Of a DNA stretch of 64,000 bases, positions 46,426-55,442 are shown piece by piece. Where the stretch lies: assembly GCA_963700155.1 (NCBI GenBank), contig OY969472.1, forward strand, positions 517,059 to 581,058, given 5' to 3'. Source of the DNA: an uncultured bacterium. Its GTDB lineage: Bacteria > Patescibacteriota > Dojkabacteria > J137. A model generated the notes under the pieces. That model saw only the letters and a program-made list of their open reading frames with translations. It was not told where the DNA came from and ran no database searches. The position numbers and the translations under genes were made by a program. Position 1 is the first letter of the stretch, and every line of letters begins with the position of its first letter.

Positions 46426-47757
46426 TTACATTGCCGGCTCTTCTGAAGGAGTCTCGGTGATTTCTTCTTTTGGAATCTCTAATTTACTAACATCAATATT
46501 TAATTCAACCTCTGCTTCAACTTTTGTATATTTGCAAAGAGCTAAAGTTCCTGCAAGAATAATTAGAAAATCAGCCAAATTAACGATTCCACTTTCATGA
46601 ACAAAACTTCTCAAAACCCAGAAGAACATTGCAAAAAAGAAAAACATAAATTTTCTATCTTTAATTTTAGCTCGTAAAACAACAACAGGTTTTAATAAAA
46701 TCCCTAAAGTAATTCCCAGTCCTAAAACCCCTGTTTGAAAAAGTATATCGAAGAAAAAGTTATGAGCTCGATCAATTAATAATCCCGAGAAAAATTTATT
46801 ATCTTTAAAAACTTCTCCTAATGTATCGAATCCATATCCAAACAAAGTATTCAGATTAAACTTTGAGAACATAATCGTGAGAATATGTTTCCAGATATCT
46901 GTTCGGATATTATAAATTGTGGATGTATACAAATATACTCCTCCAAAGAGTGAGGCTAAAATTACTAAAATGTAAAAGAGATAACTAAAAAACTTCTGTG
47001 GAATAACTTCGTAAATTACAATAGTAATGAATGCTACAGCAGCAACAACGATAGCCCAAATTGATAATGAAAGAAGTAAACTTCCTGTAATAATTAAAGC
47101 ACAAAGGATAAAAACTAATTTTGTAAGTGAGGCAAATTTTATTTTTAGACTTTTCGCTATGTAATATGCAAGAAAGATAAGTGCCATCAGTAATCGACCC
47201 GAGAAAAAATTTGCCTGCCCAAAAGTACCATTAACCCAAAGTCCATCAAGCAACGCTTGTGGATCAGTCTGGGCCAAATTTAAAGCTTGTGAATAACCAA
47301 GAACTGCCTGGATTGTTGCTGATGAAATAAAAGATAAAGCAATAATATGGAAATTCTTATGGTTTACAGATTTATAAACTGAATAAGCCATTCCAATAAG
47401 CAATAGATGGGCAATTAGTCCCTGATCTCGAAAGCTGTTCCCAAATATTGCTGTTTGAAAGTGAGGAGATACTAATGCTGCTAAAATGAATATTATTACA
47501 ACAGCAAGAAATACTATAAAATCTTTACTGAATATAAATTTCCCTTTTTTATAAACTACTGAAATATATTTTACTAATGTGACAATAATTATTAACGCTG
47601 CAAGTGCAATTAAGAAATGTACTTTAGGAAGTTCATATCCTTTAGGAAGATCATTATAATCAACAACAAAAGGTGAAAAGAATATCGCAAGTGAGGCAAT
47701 TATAACAACAATATTTTCTTCTAAATAATTATAAACTTTTATTAATCTGGGTTTCAT
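46426..47757 (-). CDS. O-antigen ligase/polymerase-like (Wzy_C) polytopic membrane protein
   Basis: About 10 TM segments. DRAHNFFFDILFQTGVLGLG is typical of the Wzy_C/O-antigen-ligase family. Confidence 0.6.
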   Translation of the reverse strand: MKPRLIKVYNYLEENIVVIIASLAIFFSPFVVDYNDLPKGYELPKVHFLIALAALIIIVTLVKYISVVYKKGKFIFSKDFIVFLAVVIIFILAALVSPHFQTAIFGNSFRDQGLIAHLLLIGMAYSVYKSVNHKNFHIIALSFISSATIQAVLGYSQALNLAQTDPQALLDGLWVNGTFGQANFFSGRLLMALIFLAYYIAKSLKIKFASLTKLVFILCALIITGSLLLSLSIWAIVVAAVAFITIVIYEVIPQKFFSYLFYILVILASLFGGVYLYTSTIYNIRTDIWKHILTIMFSKFNLNTLFGYGFDTLGEVFKDNKFFSGLLIDRAHNFFFDILFQTGVLGLGITLGILLKPVVVLRAKIKDRKFMFFFFAMFFWVLRSFVHESGIVNLADFLIILAGTLALCKYTKVEAEVELNIDVSKLEIPKEEITETPSEEPAM

Positions 47758-47810
47758 ATTCTTTTATCACTACCATTCAATTGTAAAACAAATAGAAGAT
47801 AATTACACTT

Positions 47811-48800
47811 TTACTGATTTAGGTTTAAGTTAACCCAAGTATTAAAGACATCTAAGGAATTATTTTTTGGATCAATTAACCCAGTGGTTTTAAAGGGTTT
47901 AGGATAATTATTTGAGTCATACAAAAATGGCCAGATAATGAATTTCATATGTAATGATTTTGATAAATTCGGGATCATCTCTACATACTTGATTTGTTCT
48001 TCTGCAGAACTTTCCCATCCAGAAATTCCTTCATCTTTAAACCATGCAGTTTCTGTAATTGCAATTGGCTTATCTGTTTTTGCAGAAATAACGCTCCAAT
48101 AATCTGAAGGAATTTCTGACGGATCTTTATAAATTAATCCTGGATAAGTTGTAAATGCTAAAAAATCAGCATTATCAAATTTTGATAATATTTCCCATTG
48201 TGTTTTTGTTTCATCATTTACTCCACCAAATAATCCGCCGTTTAAGCCTTTAAGATTTTCATATTGAAACACTGTGAATATCTGAGTCTCAGGACTTGTT
48301 GTTTTTACTAATTCATAAAGCTGGTTAAACCATGTGCTGAATCTATCTAAGTCACCTGATAACTCTTTATTAATTTCATTTCCGAATCCAAGATATTTAG
48401 GATTATATGTTTTCACAAATTGAACAATTGCTTTGTTATATTCATTTTCTTGTATAAGTGAAGGGATCTCTTTAACACCGATAATAATTACCGGGGTTAA
48501 GTTGTATGAAGGAGCGGCTTTCATTAAGAAAGCCGCTCCTGAGTTCTCATCTAAAATGTCAGAAATATTTCCTGCCCAAGATACTACTTTGCAGCATTCT
48601 TTTGTTTTTGTAAAGAAATCGTCAATTCCAGATTGACTATAATCATTAGGTGATAAACTAAGTCCTTTTTGAGTTGATTCTGAAGTATTTTGAACTAAAT
48701 TTGAATTTCTGCTATTTAAGAATAATCCAATTATTAAAACAATAATTAGACTAACAACAAGGATTCCAATAAAGATTGAGATTAATAATTTCTTATTCAT
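47811..48800 (-). CDS. membrane-anchored clan GH-A (TIM-barrel) glycoside hydrolase-like protein
   Basis: FGNEINKE (acid/base NE) and ITETAW (nucleophile E) motifs. I moved the start to MNKKLL (48800) because the ORF-track start at 48902 runs into tRNA-Arg. Confidence 0.5.
   Translation of the reverse strand: MNKKLLISIFIGILVVSLIIVLIIGLFLNSRNSNLVQNTSESTQKGLSLSPNDYSQSGIDDFFTKTKECCKVVSWAGNISDILDENSGAAFLMKAAPSYNLTPVIIIGVKEIPSLIQENEYNKAIVQFVKTYNPKYLGFGNEINKELSGDLDRFSTWFNQLYELVKTTSPETQIFTVFQYENLKGLNGGLFGGVNDETKTQWEILSKFDNADFLAFTTYPGLIYKDPSEIPSDYWSVISAKTDKPIAITETAWFKDEGISGWESSAEEQIKYVEMIPNLSKSLHMKFIIWPFLYDSNNYPKPFKTTGLIDPKNNSLDVFNTWVNLNLNQ
48510..48540. repeat. 13-bp perfect hairpin with a 5-nt loop, inside the GH-A-like gene
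   Basis: AGGAGCGGCTTTC-ATTAA-GAAAGCCGCTCCT. Confidence 0.95.
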
Positions 48801-48887
48801 TTTAGAAAATATGATACTACTAACTATACTCAGTGTGATCTTTAAGATCAAACTTTCACAATGGTATAATCTTTTTGCAGTATTTAT

Positions 48888-48961
48888 GTACCCATAGCTC
48901 AACTGGATAGAGCACTACTTTGCGGAAGTAGCGGTTGGAGGTTCGACCCCTCTTGGGTACA
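48888..48961 (+). tRNA. tRNA-Arg (anticodon GCG)
   Basis: Hand-folded cloverleaf: acceptor GUACCCA/UGGGUAC, D arm GCUC..GAGC, anticodon stem CUACU/AGUAG with loop UUGCGGA, T arm GGAGG-UUCGACC-CCUCU. CCA is not encoded. Confidence 0.85.
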
Positions 48962-49049
48962 GTTAAGCTTCTGTATCTCCTTAAATATTAAAAATTCCAA
49001 CATATCATATTATAAATGTTAAAATTTTTTAAATATTACACATCTGAAA

Positions 49050-49475
49050 ATGAGAATTGCAGTAATTGATGATAAACCTGATGATAATACAAAATGTATT
49101 TTAAAATTATTATTCAATCGAATAGGAGAAGATGTGGAATTTGTTGAAGCTGTCACTATTACTGAGGCGGAAGAATTGACAAGACAGATTTTGGATGGAC
49201 AAGTTGGAGTTGATTTTATAATTTGCGATAGAGAAATGGATAAGTCTAACTCTAAATTAACAGCAACAAAATTTGCGCGACAATTAAAGGAAAGAAATTT
49301 CCCAGTCATAACCTGGAGCTATGGTATTAATCCGATGCATCAAGATGCTGGTCATTATTTTGTAAATAAATTAAACTTTACAGATTGGTGTGAGTTTTTA
49401 ATTACTCAAGAGTTCTTAGATAAACTATCTGAATTAAAAAGTTTGAGAGAAAATAATGAAGTTAAATTTAATTAA
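49050..49475 (+). CDS. stand-alone response-regulator receiver domain (CheY-like)
   Basis: VIDDKPDD, phospho-acceptor-like FIICDREMD, ITWSYG, FVNKL. No output domain and no adjacent kinase. Confidence 0.6.
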   Translation: MRIAVIDDKPDDNTKCILKLLFNRIGEDVEFVEAVTITEAEELTRQILDGQVGVDFIICDREMDKSNSKLTATKFARQLKERNFPVITWSYGINPMHQDAGHYFVNKLNFTDWCEFLITQEFLDKLSELKSLRENNEVKFN

Positions 49476-49521
49476 TGTCAAAACCACTAACAAACACAAA
49501 AATAAAAGCACTAAATAAAGA
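49474..49521 (+). repeat. 48-bp direct repeat, copy 1 (duplicate of the SpoU/TrmH gene 5' end)
   Basis: AATGTCAAAACCACTAACAAACACAAAAATAAAAGCACTAAATAAAGA is identical to 51243-51290. Confidence 0.95.
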
Positions 49522-49528
49522 TGAATAA
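49475..49528 (+). pseudogene. 17-codon remnant of the SpoU/TrmH N-terminus (MSKPLTNTKIKALNKDE*)
   Basis: The first 15 codons are identical to 51244-51288. Its ATG overlaps the receiver-gene TAA (TAATG). Confidence 0.6.
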
Positions 49529-50252
49529 TCAAGAATTTCTAGAAAAAGATTTTGATTTAAAATATCTTAACATCGCACAATCTAATATCTTAGTGCGTAG
49601 AACACTTGATTTGATAAAATTACATAGAAATTCTCAAGTTTTTATTCTACTTGCTTACAGTGCTTCGCCATTCGAAATCTTAATAAGAAATTTGTGGAAG
49701 AAAGCATATCCTTATATTCAAATTCCCCAATTTATTCATCTTAATATAGGACATAAAACATCAATTGCAATGAGATTAAATGATAAAAGCTCTATAACTG
49801 ATATTGTAGATTATCAATCAAGATATTACTTAGAAGATGAGCTAAAAGATGTAAAGAATGTAACATTTGTTGATGATGTCTCTTATACTGGAGAAACAGA
49901 AGAACTGGTAAGAAACCTTATCAATTTTATCGATTCAAAGATAAATTCTAGTTATTTCCCTTTTATTCATGGTTCCTTATCTGGGTCACCAAGTACTGAA
50001 GAAATAGCTTTCTGGAATGATGATGAAGACTTTTCATCTAGAATTTTTATGCCTTGGAAGAAAAAAACACAGTTTGGTAGTACTAATTATGTTAATTGGT
50101 CCCCAATGGAAGATAGGAAGTATATTTTAAGTCATCAACCTGACTCGACTGATACTGAAAAATACGGGGTTGCTTCGGAAATAGAAGTAGAGTTAGAGAA
50201 AATTTCAAACTTATTAGATACAAATTTGGTTAAAAAATATTTATCTAGTTAA
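49521..50252 (+). CDS. phosphoribosyltransferase-like protein
   Basis: PRPP-binding-type motif VTFVDDVSYTGETEELV. The rest is unrecognised. Confidence 0.45.
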   Translation: MNNQEFLEKDFDLKYLNIAQSNILVRRTLDLIKLHRNSQVFILLAYSASPFEILIRNLWKKAYPYIQIPQFIHLNIGHKTSIAMRLNDKSSITDIVDYQSRYYLEDELKDVKNVTFVDDVSYTGETEELVRNLINFIDSKINSSYFPFIHGSLSGSPSTEEIAFWNDDEDFSSRIFMPWKKKTQFGSTNYVNWSPMEDRKYILSHQPDSTDTEKYGVASEIEVELEKISNLLDTNLVKKYLSS

Positions 50253-51241
50253 TGCCATTTATTATGATAAAAGCAGAAAGCTCCTCACCTGGAAAGTTAA
50301 TATTAGCCGGAGAGCATGTTGTTTTGTATGGTTATAAAGCATTAGCATTTCCTATTAATAAAAATACAAAAGTATTAGTTCAAGATTCTAACCATGAAAA
50401 TACAATAAAAATATATCTAAAAAATTTTAATAAAATTCTTCAAGTTACAAAAAGTAGAGTCCATAGAATCAATCTTAAAGATAAGAATACTTTAATAACT
50501 CTAAGGACCCTAAAGTTTTTCTTTGAAAGATTTCATGTAGATATTAATAACGGATTGGATTTATTTGTAAATTCTCAGATCCCTATTGGGGGATTTGGAT
50601 CTTCAACTTCTGTAAGTGCTTCAATTCTTAAAGCGTTTTTCAAAATGTTTAATATTGAAGTTAAAGATAAAGATCTTATAGATTATGTAATAGAGATTGA
50701 ATCTATTAATGGAATAAAGGTTAGCGGATTAGATCAGACAGTTATAGTTGAAAATTCTCCAATCTCTTTCATAAAAAAAGGAGAAATAAATTCATACAAA
50801 AAGATTTATCCCAAAAATAAATATATTAAAAATTGCGTAATAATAGATACGGGAAGACCAAATGAAGTTACAGGAGAAGTCGTAAAATTTATTAAGGAAC
50901 AGTATAATTCTGATTATAGAAATATCAAAATTGTATTTGATAATATTGGTAAGTATTGTTCAATTCTTGAAAGATTCGTTCAAGAGAGTGATACTTTGCA
51001 AATTCTAGATATTATTAGTTCCATTGGAGAAGAGCTAGTGAAATTAAAAATAGTTACTCCTTATTGTCAAGATATAATATCGGATTTAAAAAAACTTGGT
51101 GCAAGTTCAAAAATTTCCGGTGCTGGTGCTATCACTGGTAATGGATGCGGAGCTTTAATATGTTTTACAAATAATACTAGTCCAGTTATTAAATATTTAG
51201 ATTCAAGAAACATTAAATATTTTATTACTAACCTATTTTAA
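50252..51241 (+). CDS. GHMP-family kinase (mevalonate-kinase-like)
   Basis: SPGKLILAGEHVVLYGYKALAFPI, motif II PIGGFGSSTSVSAS, VSGLDQ, motif III KISGAGAITGNGCGA. Confidence 0.75.
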   Translation: MPFIMIKAESSSPGKLILAGEHVVLYGYKALAFPINKNTKVLVQDSNHENTIKIYLKNFNKILQVTKSRVHRINLKDKNTLITLRTLKFFFERFHVDINNGLDLFVNSQIPIGGFGSSTSVSASILKAFFKMFNIEVKDKDLIDYVIEIESINGIKVSGLDQTVIVENSPISFIKKGEINSYKKIYPKNKYIKNCVIIDTGRPNEVTGEVVKFIKEQYNSDYRNIKIVFDNIGKYCSILERFVQESDTLQILDIISSIGEELVKLKIVTPYCQDIISDLKKLGASSKISGAGAITGNGCGALICFTNNTSPVIKYLDSRNIKYFITNLF

Positions 51242-51242
51242 G

Positions 51243-51290
51243 AATGTCAAAACCACTAACAAACACAAAAATAAAAGCACTAAATAAAGA
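51243..51290 (+). repeat. 48-bp direct repeat, copy 2 (native 5' end of the SpoU/TrmH gene)
   Basis: Identical to 49474-49521. Confidence 0.95.
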
Positions 51291-51774
51291 ATTTTCAAAA
51301 AATATTCCACAAGATTTGGAACTAATTTTTATACTTCAAGATGTAGAAGATCCATATAATGTCGGAAGCATATTTAGAACTGCTGATGCTTGTGGAGCTG
51401 GAATAATATTAACTGGAAATACACCAACTCCAGGAAAAACTCCTGAAATTTCAAAAAATTCTATGGGAATGGAGCGGAAAGTAGATTGGCAGTATTATGA
51501 AAATATTGAAGAAGTAATCGGGAGTTTAAAACAAAATGGTTTTGATATTGTAGGAATAGAAGTTACAGAAGATGCTGTGTCATACGATGAATATGCTTAC
51601 AAACGCAGAACTGCATTAGTACTGGGGAATGAAGCCATTGGGATTTATAAGAAAAATCTGGGCCTTTGCAATAAAATTGTATACATTCCAATGCTGGGCA
51701 AAGGCCCCTCTCTCAACGTAAATATAGCCGGAGCTATTGTAGGGTATGAGATAATTAGTAAGAATAAATCTTAA
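51244..51774 (+). CDS. SpoU/TrmH-family RNA 2'-O-methyltransferase
   Basis: DPYNVGSIFRTADACGA, LVLGNEAIGI, IPMLGKGPSLNVNIAGAIVGYEI. Confidence 0.85.
   Translation: MSKPLTNTKIKALNKEFSKNIPQDLELIFILQDVEDPYNVGSIFRTADACGAGIILTGNTPTPGKTPEISKNSMGMERKVDWQYYENIEEVIGSLKQNGFDIVGIEVTEDAVSYDEYAYKRRTALVLGNEAIGIYKKNLGLCNKIVYIPMLGKGPSLNVNIAGAIVGYEIISKNKS
51660..51707. repeat. 10-bp inverted repeat, 28-nt spacer, inside the SpoU/TrmH gene
   Basis: GGGCCTTTGC (51660-51669) / GCAAAGGCCC (51698-51707). Confidence 0.9.
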
Positions 51775-51784
51775 TCAATTAATA

Positions 51785-52252
51785 ATGGCTTTAATCGATA
51801 ATCCGCCTGGGAGTTATGAAGCATATAGAAGTGATCTATTAGTCCAAAGATATGAGTTGATTCGAAGGCTTAAAGAACTTAGAGATAAAAGCTATGCTCC
51901 TTCAAAGATTTTAAATTTATTAATAACTAGTCTTTCAGTATTTGTAAAAGATGAGGAACTAATGTCTCGAGATGAGCTAGTAAATTTTCATAAATCATAT
52001 TCGAACGAAGGTTGGGTTGCAGCTTATGTAGAATTATATGTAAAGTTAAGAGTATTGCGTATGAATCTACAGGCTAGGGGATTTCCTTTTAACGTAGAAT
52101 CTGATCTAAGAAAAACTATTGCAGAGTTGATAAAAAGCTCGACTAATACTCCAACACCTAGAACTCGTAACTTTTTCAGGGAGTATAAGCAAAGTTTAGA
52201 TAGTTTATATAAATTAGTGATAATGATCCCAAGAAATTATGATGAGATTTAA
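51785..52252 (+). CDS. hypothetical protein
   Basis: 155-aa helical ORF. Confidence 0.4.
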   Translation: MALIDNPPGSYEAYRSDLLVQRYELIRRLKELRDKSYAPSKILNLLITSLSVFVKDEELMSRDELVNFHKSYSNEGWVAAYVELYVKLRVLRMNLQARGFPFNVESDLRKTIAELIKSSTNTPTPRTRNFFREYKQSLDSLYKLVIMIPRNYDEI

Positions 52253-52277
52253 TAATCAGGTATAATTCATAGCACAT

Positions 52278-52363
52278 GGAGGGTTGCTGGAGTGGTCTAA
52301 CAGGCCCGTCTCGAAAACGGGAATCCAGAAATGGATACACAGGTTCAAATCCTGTACCCTCCG
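52278..52363 (+). tRNA. tRNA-Ser (anticodon CGA), long variable arm
   Basis: Acceptor GGAGGGU/ACCCUCC, anticodon stem CCCGU/ACGGG with loop CUCGAAA, variable arm AUCCAGAAAUGGAU, T arm ACAGG-UUCAAAU-CCUGU. Confidence 0.85.
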
Positions 52364-52397
52364 AATAAATCTTACCTGAATAAATATTCTTTATTTG

Positions 52398-54164
52398 ATG
52401 AAATCTAAGTTCAACTTAATTACTAACTTTCTTTATAATCATAAAAAAGGTATTTTATTCATACTTGTAGTATTAACCGTTCTATTTATTTTCTTTAGAC
52501 TTCCAAACAATATTCTTCTAGGAACTTCTGGTGATAGTGGGATTATAAATTACACAATAATTGATAATATCCAGAAAATTAAGAATGGGCAATTTAGCGA
52601 GTTAATTAACAGGTACATTTTTTATCCGGAAAGTAATACTCTTGCTTTCACTGACTCATTTTTGCTGCATAGTTTGATTGGATTACCTTACTACTTATTA
52701 ACAAATAATGTTTTTGGGACATACAATTTCATTTTTATTGTGCAGATTCTAATAGCAGCTAGTGGTTTTTACTTTTTAGCAAAAAAGTTTACAAAAAATA
52801 TATTTTTAATAACTTTTGCAGGTTTGTTTTATCTTTTCCTCCCAGCATTTATAGGAACTCATCCGCAAATTAATTTTTATGGATTTATTCCATGGATGGT
52901 TTTTTTTGTCATTGAGTTTATAGAGCGTAAACAAATTCGCTTTTTATATTTATCTTCTCTGGCATTCTTTTTACAAGCGTTGGTAGGCATTTATTTGCAG
53001 GTATTTATGTTTATTTTTACTCCCGTGTTTTTATTTGGAGCAATTTATTATTTATACCGTAAGAGAATCCTTAAGAAATTTATAAATAAGAAAATACTAA
53101 TAAATATTGGACTTATCATAATAATTTTAGGAATATTGTTTTTCATAATTAATAAACCATACTTAGATTTCAAGTCTGAATACGACACTGTAAGAACTCC
53201 AGAAGAGATTTTGTTTTATGCTCCTCATGCATTATTAAGTTATTTTTTACCAAATAGAACTTCAGCTTTTGGAGATGTTATAAAAAATATATTTCAGATT
53301 CCACAGCCACAAAGCTCAGAAGGCAATTTATTTTTAGGTTTTACTGGAGTTCTTTTGTGGATTGGATCTTTAGTTGTTGTATTAATATCTTTGATAAAAC
53401 CTAAATTGAAAAAAACTTTACCTAACAAAACGATATTGTTTGCTTTAATAGGCTTTATTACTCTTGTTTGGGTTTTGAGTTTAGGAACCTATTTAAAATT
53501 TCCTTTGCCTGGTAATGTGATGATCCCTCTTCCTTATTTGCTTTTATATAATTTAAGTTCTGTCTTTGGAGCTATTCGAGCAACTGGACGAATGGTAGTA
53601 CTTATGGCTTTACCTTTATCTTTACTTATTTTAGTTTGGGGTGAATTTTTGCTTAAGAAAAAATCTAGGCTGGCACATATTATATTAATATTTATATTTG
53701 GTTTAATAATTCTCGATATTTTTAAGATTCATAGTTTACAAACTTTACCTGAACTACCTATTTCTTTATATCAACAAGTTGAAAATCTTCCAGGAAAGAC
53801 TTTTTTAGAGCTTCCAAGTGGATACCAATGTGAAAAGCTGAAAGTTTATAAAAATTGTGATTCAATAGAGGATGATTTTTATATGTTTATGCACATTTAT
53901 CATAATAAATGGCTAATTGGAGGGTATAGCGGATATACTCCGGAAAATACTATTAATATTATGAATAATATTGATCAGTTTTCTGTTGATTCTAAAAAGT
54001 TAGATAAATACTTGGAAAGTATTCCTGTTGATGTAATTTTGATTGATTACTCTAAGATTCCAGATTCTGTAAGAGGTAATTTTAAGAATTTTAATAACTT
54101 GAAAGACTATTCTGTAGTAGAAGCGGGTGATGAAAATTATTTATTATTAACACGAGTTTTATAG
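52398..54164 (+). CDS. large polytopic membrane protein (possible GT-C-fold glycosyltransferase)
   Basis: About 12 or more TM segments followed by a soluble C-terminal domain. Family call is by architecture only. Confidence 0.35.
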   Translation: MKSKFNLITNFLYNHKKGILFILVVLTVLFIFFRLPNNILLGTSGDSGIINYTIIDNIQKIKNGQFSELINRYIFYPESNTLAFTDSFLLHSLIGLPYYLLTNNVFGTYNFIFIVQILIAASGFYFLAKKFTKNIFLITFAGLFYLFLPAFIGTHPQINFYGFIPWMVFFVIEFIERKQIRFLYLSSLAFFLQALVGIYLQVFMFIFTPVFLFGAIYYLYRKRILKKFINKKILINIGLIIIILGILFFIINKPYLDFKSEYDTVRTPEEILFYAPHALLSYFLPNRTSAFGDVIKNIFQIPQPQSSEGNLFLGFTGVLLWIGSLVVVLISLIKPKLKKTLPNKTILFALIGFITLVWVLSLGTYLKFPLPGNVMIPLPYLLLYNLSSVFGAIRATGRMVVLMALPLSLLILVWGEFLLKKKSRLAHIILIFIFGLIILDIFKIHSLQTLPELPISLYQQVENLPGKTFLELPSGYQCEKLKVYKNCDSIEDDFYMFMHIYHNKWLIGGYSGYTPENTINIMNNIDQFSVDSKKLDKYLESIPVDVILIDYSKIPDSVRGNFKNFNNLKDYSVVEAGDENYLLLTRVL

Positions 54165-54189
54165 TAATAAATCTGGAGTATAATTATTT

Positions 54190-54393
54190 ATGGCTAGTAA
54201 TTTTAATCTAAACAAAATAGCTCGAATCATTTTGATATTAGGGAACTTAACGTTTCTTCTTTGGATTATTTGGAATGGGATTGATGAAGGTGCACAAGGT
54301 GTAACAATTATTCAATTAGCATCGTACTTAAGTTTAATGACTCTTCTTATTTTGAATATAATTTTTTTAATTTTAGGGAATAAAAATAGTTAG
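54190..54393 (+). CDS. small two-TM membrane protein
   Basis: 67-aa hydrophobic ORF. Confidence 0.4.
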   Translation: MASNFNLNKIARIILILGNLTFLLWIIWNGIDEGAQGVTIIQLASYLSLMTLLILNIIFLILGNKNS

Positions 54394-54488
54394 GCTGCTA
54401 CAATTATTTCTCAATAACCTCTTATAGATGTATTCCTATTTCTTTATTGCTATAATCCCAATATACTAATCTCTAAATTAAATTTTAT

Positions 54489-54911
54489 ATGAGGAATAAA
54501 TTATTAGGTGCATCTCTATCTTTTTTATTTGGTCTTGTTGCAGCAATTCCATGGGTAATTTTAAATTATTTTGGTTGGATAGCATCAATAGCTGCATATC
54601 TAATAGGACTAGCATCTTATAAGGGATATGTTAAAGGAAACGGAAGTTTTGATAGTTTTGGAAAAATTTGTATTATTTTGATCATATTGTTTACAGTCCC
54701 AGGTGCTATTTTAGTCTCTATTTTTATATCTGCATTGCAATATGGCTTTAATTTTACAGAGTCACTAGCAGCTACTTTCTTTGTATTTTTTGAATATTTT
54801 GTAGATTATCTTCCTAGTATTTTAATTGGATATTTTATGGCTGGACTTGGAACTTATGAATTTTTCTTGCCGAATCGAAAACAAAAAGCAAAGACATTAG
54901 AAATAAACTAG
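54489..54911 (+). CDS. hypothetical membrane protein
   Basis: 140 aa, 4 TM. Confidence 0.45.
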   Translation: MRNKLLGASLSFLFGLVAAIPWVILNYFGWIASIAAYLIGLASYKGYVKGNGSFDSFGKICIILIILFTVPGAILVSIFISALQYGFNFTESLAATFFVFFEYFVDYLPSILIGYFMAGLGTYEFFLPNRKQKAKTLEIN

Positions 54912-54920
54912 TTTTATCAA

Positions 54921-55442
54921 GTGAAAATTATGAATGATACCAAGTATATTTTAAAGCAAAAACTGACAGTAAAAAATTTATTCATAGTTAATAACTTATA
55001 TCCTTTTTATAAAACTAGAGTATTTTTAATGATCATCTTATTCTATTTCATTATTATTTCGATAATAATATTTACTGAAATTGATATTAATATTTTTTCA
55101 ACATTAGGGTTAATAGTTGCAGTACTAACACTATTATTACTAAGTATTATATTAACAATCTTTATTGTAGAGGTTAATTTTATAATTGGCTTGATTGCTA
55201 GATTTAAAAATTTGAATACTGAAGATGAAACAATACTGACAGGAAGTGAGGTAATATCAAGAAATGCTTATGGAGAAATGAAGTATAATTATAATTCAGT
55301 TAACAGATTTCAAAGTATAGGTAAGTTTTTCTTTTTAATCCCGAAATCAACATATACTAATTTCCTATACTTTACTGTAGAAGATCGTAGGCTTAGGAAA
55401 GAGGTTAGAAGTTTTTTACAAGATAAGACATCTAATACTTAA
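54921..55442 (+). CDS. hypothetical membrane protein
   Basis: 173 aa, two central TM segments. Confidence 0.45.
   Translation: MKIMNDTKYILKQKLTVKNLFIVNNLYPFYKTRVFLMIILFYFIIISIIIFTEIDINIFSTLGLIVAVLTLLLLSIILTIFIVEVNFIIGLIARFKNLNTEDETILTGSEVISRNAYGEMKYNYNSVNRFQSIGKFFFLIPKSTYTNFLYFTVEDRRLRKEVRSFLQDKTSNT

Noticed and set aside
49019-49309. 96-aa minus-strand ORF antisense to the receiver-domain gene
   Set aside because: The plus-strand receiver ORF has recognisable CheY-like residues. The antisense frame is low-complexity.
49474-51290. Integron gene cassette or transposon as the explanation for the flanked two-gene unit
   Set aside because: I saw no attC-like imperfect inverted-repeat site, no intI, no terminal inverted repeats and no transposase. 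The flanks are 48-bp direct repeats of host coding sequence, which fits homology-mediated or Campbell-type integration better.
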